A DNA stretch of 64,000 bases from Macrostomum lignano. Lineage: Eukaryota. The stretch covers positions 1 to 64,000 of the forward strand of contig NIVC01001548.1 of the NCBI GenBank assembly GCA_002269645.1, in the 5' to 3' direction. Positions within the stretch are counted from its first letter, which is position 1, and the number at the start of each line of letters is the position of its first letter. A program made the position numbers and the translations under genes. Shown here in pieces: positions 24,786-64,000 of this stretch. The notes under the pieces are model-generated. The model had not been told where the DNA came from. It was given only the letters and a program-made list of their open reading frames with translations, and searched no databases.

Positions 24786-26174
24786 TTACGGTGTAATTTG
24801 TAGTGATGCAGTGAGTAGGTCTTGCAGCGGACAGATGCGGTCGGCAAAGTTGGGAACGAATCGACGGTAGAAACCGACGACACCGAGGAAGCGCCGAAGT
24901 GCATTCGAATCCGTGGGTGTCGGCCAGTCAGTGATTATTTGGATCTTCTTCTGGAGAGGTTTTATTCCTTCAGGAGTCACGCGATGGCCAAGGAAATCTA
25001 CCTCGGACTGAAAGAATTCGCACTTCTTCAAATGAACCTGTAGGCCGTGTGTTCTTAGGCGGTCCAAAACTTGTTCCAAATGCGAGTAGTGGTCCTCACG
25101 AGTCTTTGAGAATATCAGGACATCATCGATGTAAGAGATGACGAATGACAGTCCGTGAAAAACAGAGTCGATGAAGCGTTGAAATGTTTGTGCTGCATTC
25201 CTCAGGCCGAAGGGCATGCGTGTGTACTCGAACAATCCAAACGGTGTGGTGATAGCGGTTTTGCAAATATCCTCTTCGGCGACTGGAATTTGATGAAAGG
25301 CGCGAACAAGGTCTAACTTTGAAAACACAGTGCTTCCGTGTAGGTACCGGGTGAATGTTTGAATGTGTGGAACCGGATAGTTGTCCGGCTTTGTTCGTTT
25401 GTTCAATTCGCGATAGTCACCGCACGGGCGCCAGCCAGCTCCCTTGGGTGCCATGTGGAGGGGTGACGCCCAAGCGCTTAAGGAAGGTCTGAGGTAGCCA
25501 GCATCGATTAGCTGCTGAAACTCCTGCTTTGCAGCCTGTAGTTTTGCAGGGTGCAGTTGCCGGGGTCGCAAGTGAACCGGTTGTCCACTGCCAGTGTCTA
25601 GCCGGTGAACAGTGTCATGCTTGACCTCTGAAGCTGGCGGAAGGGCTCCGCCTTCAACGAAAGAAAAACAATCTGCAAACTTTGTCAACAGCGTACTCGT
25701 CCGAGAATCCAGGTTGGGTGGCAGTTCTACCGACACAGTAAACGGGCCACAATGAACATTTGAAATTGACAAGGTAACAGTAGACAGTCCTGTTTCTGAG
25801 TCTCGAACGTGTTTGCGCTGACAATCGACAACTAACCCATGGTGAGCCAAGAAATCGTAACCAATGATGGGTTTCACCACTGACGCCACGAGGAAGGTCC
25901 ACTGGAAGGCGCGACGCAAACCGCGGATTGAGACATCCAGTAGGACCGACCCGCGAACTGGTATGGCGGCTCCGGTAGCAGTAATTAAACGAACGTTTGT
26001 ATCTTGAATGAGTGCGTTAACGAGGTGAGGTGGAACAATAGAAACCGAGGCTCCGGTATCCACAAGAAACTTGCTGTAGGTATTGTTGATTTTAACATCT
26101 AACTCCAAACAGGTGGTCGATGGTATCTCGGCACTGCGCACCGCGACCTCGGTCGCAGTGCGATTTAGTTTTCC
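24786..26174 (-). CDS. pol: Pol protease plus reverse transcriptase (-1 frame relative to gag), truncated before RNase H
   Basis: FLVDTGAS (aspartic protease), [30 protein letters not shown]; a TAA follows the RT thumb. Confidence 0.92.
   Translation of the reverse strand, partial: GKLNRTATEVAVRSAEIPSTTCLELDVKINNTYSKFLVDTGASVSIVPPHLVNALIQDTNVRLITATGAAIPVRGSVLLDVSIRGLRRAFQWTFLVASVVKPIIGYDFLAHHGLVVDCQRKHVRDSETGLSTVTLSISNVHCGPFTVSVELPPNLDSRTSTLLTKFADCFSFVEGGALPPASEVKHDTVHRLDTGSGQPVHLRPRQLHPAKLQAAKQEFQQLIDAGYLRPSLSAWASPLHMAPKGAGWRPCGDYRELNKRTKPDNYPVPHIQTFTRYLHGSTVFSKLDLVRAFHQIPVAEEDICKTAITTPFGLFEYTRMPFGLRNAAQTFQRFIDSVFHGLSFVISYIDDVLIFSKTREDHYSHLEQVLDRLRTHGLQVHLKKCEFFQSEVDFLGHRVTPEGIKPLQKKIQIITDWPTPTDSNALRRFLGVVGFYRRFVPNFADRICPLQDLLTASLQITP
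26138..26174 (-). promoter_or_regulatory. -1 ribosomal frameshift cassette (G_GAA_AAC, 6-nt spacer, GC-rich hairpin)
   Basis: Minus strand reads CCG GAA AAC TAA ATC GCACTGCGACC GA GGTCGCGGTGC; the pol frame is open across the site. Confidence 0.7.
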
Positions 26175-27070
26175 GGCTGTCGAGAAGGTGATGATGAACG
26201 CGACTGAGATGGCGTTTTTTCATTGGGATGCAGCACTCGGATCGGACGCGAGCTGTCCTTGGGAAACTGGCACCACGGGCGACACGACCGAGCACGGCGG
26301 CCATAGTAGAGGTGTGAGCGGCAAACGACGGGGCGTTGGCAAGGCTTAAATGGGTCTGTTCCAGTGGGCTTACCAGGTGCTTGTCGGCGTGGAGCTTGCT
26401 CAAAGCGCTGTTGGGGTGTCCGATCTGCACCGGCCTGCTGAATTGGGCAAACTGTCGCTGGCGATGGAGAGCTAAGGCCTCTGACGACCAACATCGAGTC
26501 AGCAATCTCGGAAATTTGCTGGGATGACTGCTGTTGGAATCCCGACAGTGCGATACGAAGGTCCTGTGGAAGACAGCGCATCAGAGTGGCCTTGAGGAGA
26601 TCCTCGTCGGGCTGTATCTGGCACTGCTCCATCTTGCTCCGGAGTTTGCGCATGAAGATTGATGGCTTGTCTCCTCCGAGGTCCGAGACTTGCAATACTT
26701 CCGAAACCTTCTCCTGCTTGGACTTTTGCAGAGTCGATGTAATCGCTGATTTCAGTTGTTCGTACTGTTTTGGAGTCTGAGCGGACAAGTGCAGAGCCGC
26801 GATATCCTCCGGTAGATGAGAGACTAGGTGGTAAAATTTGGCGGTCTCGTTGGTCACCCTGTTGAGCATAAACTGGGCCTCCAGCGTGAGGAACCATGCT
26901 TCCGGGTTGTTGCGATAGAAGATTGGCAGCTTCAGGTGGGCCAGGGAGACTATAGCGGTGTCGGCGGCGTTTCCTACTGCAGTTGTAACCACTGGTGCGG
27001 CCGAACTTGGTGCGGCTTGCGTGGTTGTAGGTGGTGTAGGAGCGGAATTGTTGCTTGCACTGTCCGTCAT
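26165..27070 (-). CDS. gag: retrotransposon Gag with CHCC zinc knuckle
   Basis: [23 protein letters not shown]-terminal motif and C-X2-H-X9-C-X3-C ([18 protein letters not shown]), typical of CsRn1-lineage Gag. Confidence 0.9.
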   Translation of the reverse strand: MTDSASNNSAPTPPTTTQAAPSSAAPVVTTAVGNAADTAIVSLAHLKLPIFYRNNPEAWFLTLEAQFMLNRVTNETAKFYHLVSHLPEDIAALHLSAQTPKQYEQLKSAITSTLQKSKQEKVSEVLQVSDLGGDKPSIFMRKLRSKMEQCQIQPDEDLLKATLMRCLPQDLRIALSGFQQQSSQQISEIADSMLVVRGLSSPSPATVCPIQQAGADRTPQQRFEQAPRRQAPGKPTGTDPFKPCQRPVVCRSHLYYGRRARSCRPWCQFPKDSSRPIRVLHPNEKTPSQSRSSSPSRQPEN

Positions 27071-27116
27071 TGGATTTGTCTTCTGTGAGTATTGAGTATG
27101 CGAGTAATATCTTTCG

Positions 27117-27132
27117 CCGCCTCACCGGACCA
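27117..27132 (-). promoter_or_regulatory. primer-binding site TGGTCCGGTGAGGCGG
   Basis: Begins with TGG (complement of tRNA CCA) 3 nt after the 5' LTR. The primer tRNA is not confirmed; a ...GGACCA end resembles tRNA-Tyr as recalled. Confidence 0.7.
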
Positions 27133-27135
27133 ATT

Positions 27136-27309
27136 TGTAGTGAAACTACAACTTGACTTAGATTCGAATTGCAATATATTTTATGAGTTAACGACGAGAA
27201 GGCTTGGGGCGAGAAACTTAACTGCGAGAAAGAACTGTAAAAGGAATTTAGTCTATGGTAATTTATGACAAACTGAGTTGCAAATAAAAAGTACAACAAA
27301 ATACCCATA
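27136..27309 (-). repeat. 5' LTR
   Basis: Identical by eye to 23009-23182; minus-strand termini TATGGG...CTACA; followed by the PBS. Confidence 0.93.
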
Positions 27310-27631
27310 AGTTATACAGTTAAATCAAACTGAGCTTACTTACTGTTGAGCTTTGCAATATGAAATAAAGAAAGTCCTGCGACGGTACAGTTTTACAGTT
27401 TTCAATTTTTTTAACAGCAAAGTGATTTAACAAAACTTTATGTGAATTTTTAGCTTATTATTGTCTAAAAAAGTAATATAAATTGTTTTCGTAATTTAAA
27501 AGTTTTTAAATCATTAAGTTTGTATTACCAGAATTTTTTTTGAAATTGTGACAATTTAAAGCGACATAAGGTTCTTAGAAGGCCGAAAGAATCGATCGAT
27601 TAGTTTGCTTTTTCAGTATGCCTATGACAGA

Positions 27632-60866
<33,235 letters not shown>

Positions 60867-61964
60867 AGCTGCGAATTTGAGCCGCCCACTGCCGCCATCT
60901 GCGAGAGCGGGGCTCCTCGGTCTGCTGCATACGTAGAATGAATTTCATTAGCCAGAGACACGGCTTGGGGTCTTCGCCTGCCTCTCTGTGCTTGTATTGT
61001 TCTTCAAACGGTATCTGTTCCTTTCCTCAATATAATAATTGACTGTCTGTGTACTTTTTTAAGCCCTGAATTCAATTCCTTTAAGTGTACAATGTACTGT
61101 GACACCAATGCTTATAACTGGGCTTATGTCTTTGTTAAGCCAGGTCTTTGTTCAGTGTTGTTTTTGTGCATATATTATACATAAATATACATACATATAT
61201 AGACAATGAATATTATTTACTTAATCGCACTATTAATTTTTCTCACTAAGTATTTGCCTGACTGATCCAAAGTGGTGTACTTTACACTCAGATTAATCCT
61301 GCTATTATGTTATTATCCTTACTGTATTTCATTATCTATTACTACAGCCTCATCGCCACAGCTGAGACCTGGGGGCATTGCAGTTTTGCATTGTCACTGG
61401 CATCCTGTGAATTAATTAAAACAGCTTTAACAATTCCATATACTTCCCCTCTTAATAATATATCAACTAAATTGTTGCTGACGAGATTCTGTATATCTGT
61501 GCATGCTCGAATATCTGCCCAATTTTCTCGTGTCCAATTGTACTGCTCCCCGTCTGTGTTCGCTTCGTTTATTCTGTATTGGCTGGGTTGTCAATATTAA
61601 ACTCATTATTTGTGCTTAGAATGAGAGCTGCGCAGATCTTACTTCGATTTCTATTCTATGCTACTATTAGTAAATAGTTGCCGCTTATTTAATCCTGGCT
61701 TTGCGCTTTTTTCTGTCGCTTGACAGCTGTTTATTGGCGCGAATTCTGCTTTTTGTCTATCATTATGTGTAATTTACCGCGCCTCATTATGCTGCTTTGC
61801 TACTGTTTTCCTTTATTAATAATTTGCATACTCAACCCTGTTCCCCTGCTGTTCTTGTTCATCTTGTTCCAAAAATTATATTTTTGTCCTATCAGCCGTT
61901 TTTGGGATATTCGTTTGTGCGATCTGATATCCTTTTACATCCCTAACTGTCGAGAAAGTCAGCT

Positions 61965-62860
61965 TTCTACTCCCTCCCCCTATGTACACAAGCTCTCTAC
62001 CCCCTATGTGCACAAGCTCCCAAGAAAATCAGCTCTCTATCCCCTGTGTACACAAGCTTCCGAGAAAACCAAGTCCATACCCCCTTTGTACACAAGCTCC
62101 CGGGAAAGTAAACTCTCTACCCCATATGTGCACAAGCTCCCGAGAAAATCAACTCTCTACCCCCTGTGTACACACGCTCCCGAGAAAATCAACTCTCTAC
62201 CCCCTGTGTACACACGCTCCCGAGAAAATCAACTCTCTACCCCCTGTGTACACACGCTCCTGAGAAAATCAACTCTCTACCCCCTGTGTGCACAAGCTCC
62301 CGAGAAAATCAACTCTCTACCCCCTGTGTACACAAGCTCCCGAGAAAATCAACTCTCTACCCCCTGTGTACACAAGCTCCCGAGAAAGTCAAATCTCTAC
62401 CCCCTGTGTACACTGCACGCTCCCGAGAAAATCAACTCTGTACCCCCTGTGTGCACAAGCTCCCGAGAAAATCAACTCTCTACCCCCTGTGTACACACGC
62501 TCCTGAGAAAATCAACTCTCTACCCCCTGTGTGTACACGCTCCCGAGAAAATCAACTCTCTACCCCCTGTGTACACAAGCCCCCGAGAAAATCAACTCTC
62601 TACCCCCTGTGTGCACAAGCTCCCGAGAAAATCAAGTCTCTACCCCCTGTGTGTACACGCTCCCGAGAAAACCAAATCCATACCCCCTGTGTGCACAAGC
62701 TCCCGAGAAAATCAACTCTCTACCCCCTGTGTACACAAGCTCCCGGGAAAGTCAAATCTCTACCCCTATGTACACACGCTCCCGAGAAAACCACGTCCCT
62801 ACCCCCTATGTACACAAGCTCCCGAGAAAGTCAAATCTCTGCCCCCTATGTACATACGCT
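61965..62860 (+). repeat. 40-bp minisatellite CTCTACCCCCTGTGTACACAAGCTCCCGAGAAAATCAACT
   Basis: Downstream of the CaMKII stop. Confidence 0.93.
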
Positions 62861-63629
62861 GTAGGAGTGCACAGTCGCATAGCGAGCCAATGCTCAGTTG
62901 AGGCTCGTTCCTCCGCAGCAGAGCAGTCCCATAAAATCTGGTTGGTCAAAATAAAGCTTTAAAATATGCTAGTAGGCCCTCCTCCGTAACATTTCTCCCA
63001 CACACATCTGCTGTCTCTCTGTATGGTGTTGTGATTTTATTATGTCTAATTATTATTTATTAAGCTAATTGTTATATTGTAAAGTAATTTTATCAGCATA
63101 CGTTCTTTAGAAATCGTATGCGTAAAATTTTATTTACGAGCGTAGCTGTTTCAGATAAACAAAATATCCATTTTTTAATCACAATATATTATGAGAAATT
63201 TAACCAAAATTGATTATTTTTTGTTTCGCTCTGAAAAATTCATTGCTGAAAGTGTGCAAAGTTTTTGTTTTTTTTGGGGCGCCTACCTCACATCGAGCCC
63301 TGCAGTACCCAGGTGAAATAGCTGACTTCACCCCATAGATCTTGTTAGTCATCCCTGGTGGGGCCAGCCGGGGGCTGTAAATTAGCATCTGTTAGTGAAA
63401 TGGTGCCGAATGAGAAACAAACACCAAAAACTATTTAGGCTACTATTAGCAGAAAATTAGGGTTGTTAGCATTGATTTGTTTATTTAAAATGGTAATTTC
63501 GAGAGTATGCGAGATTTCTTATTTTTCATTTATTAGCCTACTAAAAGTAGATAAGTCAGGTTATTACCATAAAATTTTCGATATCAGCTGGAAAAATGCA
63601 AGAAGGGTGTAAAAACTCAATGTACTTTC

Positions 63630-63832
63630 ATGACAGGCGCAACGAGCAGCTCGGAGACGTCGGGCTTGGCGAGCACCTCGCCACCTGGGCGTTTGAAGCC
63701 GTTTATTATTGTTACAACTTTGTTGCTTCTGCTTGCCGGCTGCGGTTGCTTCTGCTGCTACTGGCTGGACTTGCTGGACGGCGGCGAGGAGGCGTACGGG
63801 ATCGGCCATAAACGTCCGTTTGGGACTTCCAG
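63630..63832 (+). CDS. early coding exon of a downstream gene; predicted single-pass membrane or signal-anchored protein
   Basis: GC-rich ORF MTGATSSSETSG...FIIVTTLLLLLAGCGCFCCYW...GHKRPFGTS ends at a CAG|GTGAGC donor and contains a hydrophobic stretch of about 20 aa. Confidence 0.5.
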
Positions 63833-64000
63833 GTGAGCGGGGGAAGTGTGTGTGCGGCTATGCAAGTACAAGTGGGCAGTAGCAGGTACATTGAAGTACA
63901 TAAATGCTGTATCGGACATTAAAGTACATAAGGGGCTCTATGCGAAATTAAAGTACATAAGGGGCTCTACCGGACATTAAAGTACATGGGGGTTCTGTCG

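Larger units (their letters stand above)
23009..27309 (-). mobile_element. Ty3/Gypsy LTR retrotransposon, CsRn1/Kabuki-like lineage, RNase H deleted
   Basis: Two identical 174-bp LTRs and a 4-bp TSD AGTT (23005-23008, 27310-27313). PBS, gag, PR-RT, IN and PPT occur in Gypsy order. Confidence 0.95.

Noticed and set aside
61720-62901. 393-aa ORF with 40-aa periodicity
   Set aside because: It is three phases of a stop-free 40-bp minisatellite; all frames are open and no domain is recognisable.

Overview
Animal genomic DNA with GC-rich exons and introns packed with minisatellites. The style suggests a flatworm such as Macrostomum; this is inference only. Three intron-containing genes were reconstructed by hand: the 5' part of a LEKR1-like coiled-coil gene (minus, runs off the left edge), a complete DDX19/DBP5 DEAD-box helicase (minus, 7 coding exons, 458 aa) and a complete CaMKII (plus, 27632-60866, 482 aa constitutive form). 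One exon of a fourth gene, probably membrane-anchored, lies at the right edge. Mobile DNA: a young CsRn1/Kabuki-type Ty3/Gypsy LTR element (identical 174-bp LTRs, 4-bp TSD), several Penelope-like GIY-YIG fragments with decayed hammerhead ribozymes, a hAT deletion derivative with perfect TIR/TSD, MITE-like elements and a Helitron-like 5' end. Main highlights: (1) CaMKII has two paralogous, frame-enforced mutually exclusive exons encoding the DFG/activation loop, plus two 9-nt micro-exons and a 93-nt cassette in the linker; (2) the LTR element lacks RNase H, and its deletion junction holds a 12-nt copy of the LTR/PBS boundary and a snap-back hairpin; (3) there is a clear -1 frameshift cassette at gag/pol; (4) splice acceptors sit just upstream of each start codon, consistent with spliced-leader trans-splicing; (5) CpG decay is mosaic. 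All coordinates were counted by eye, no searches were run, and repeat boundaries are approximate.
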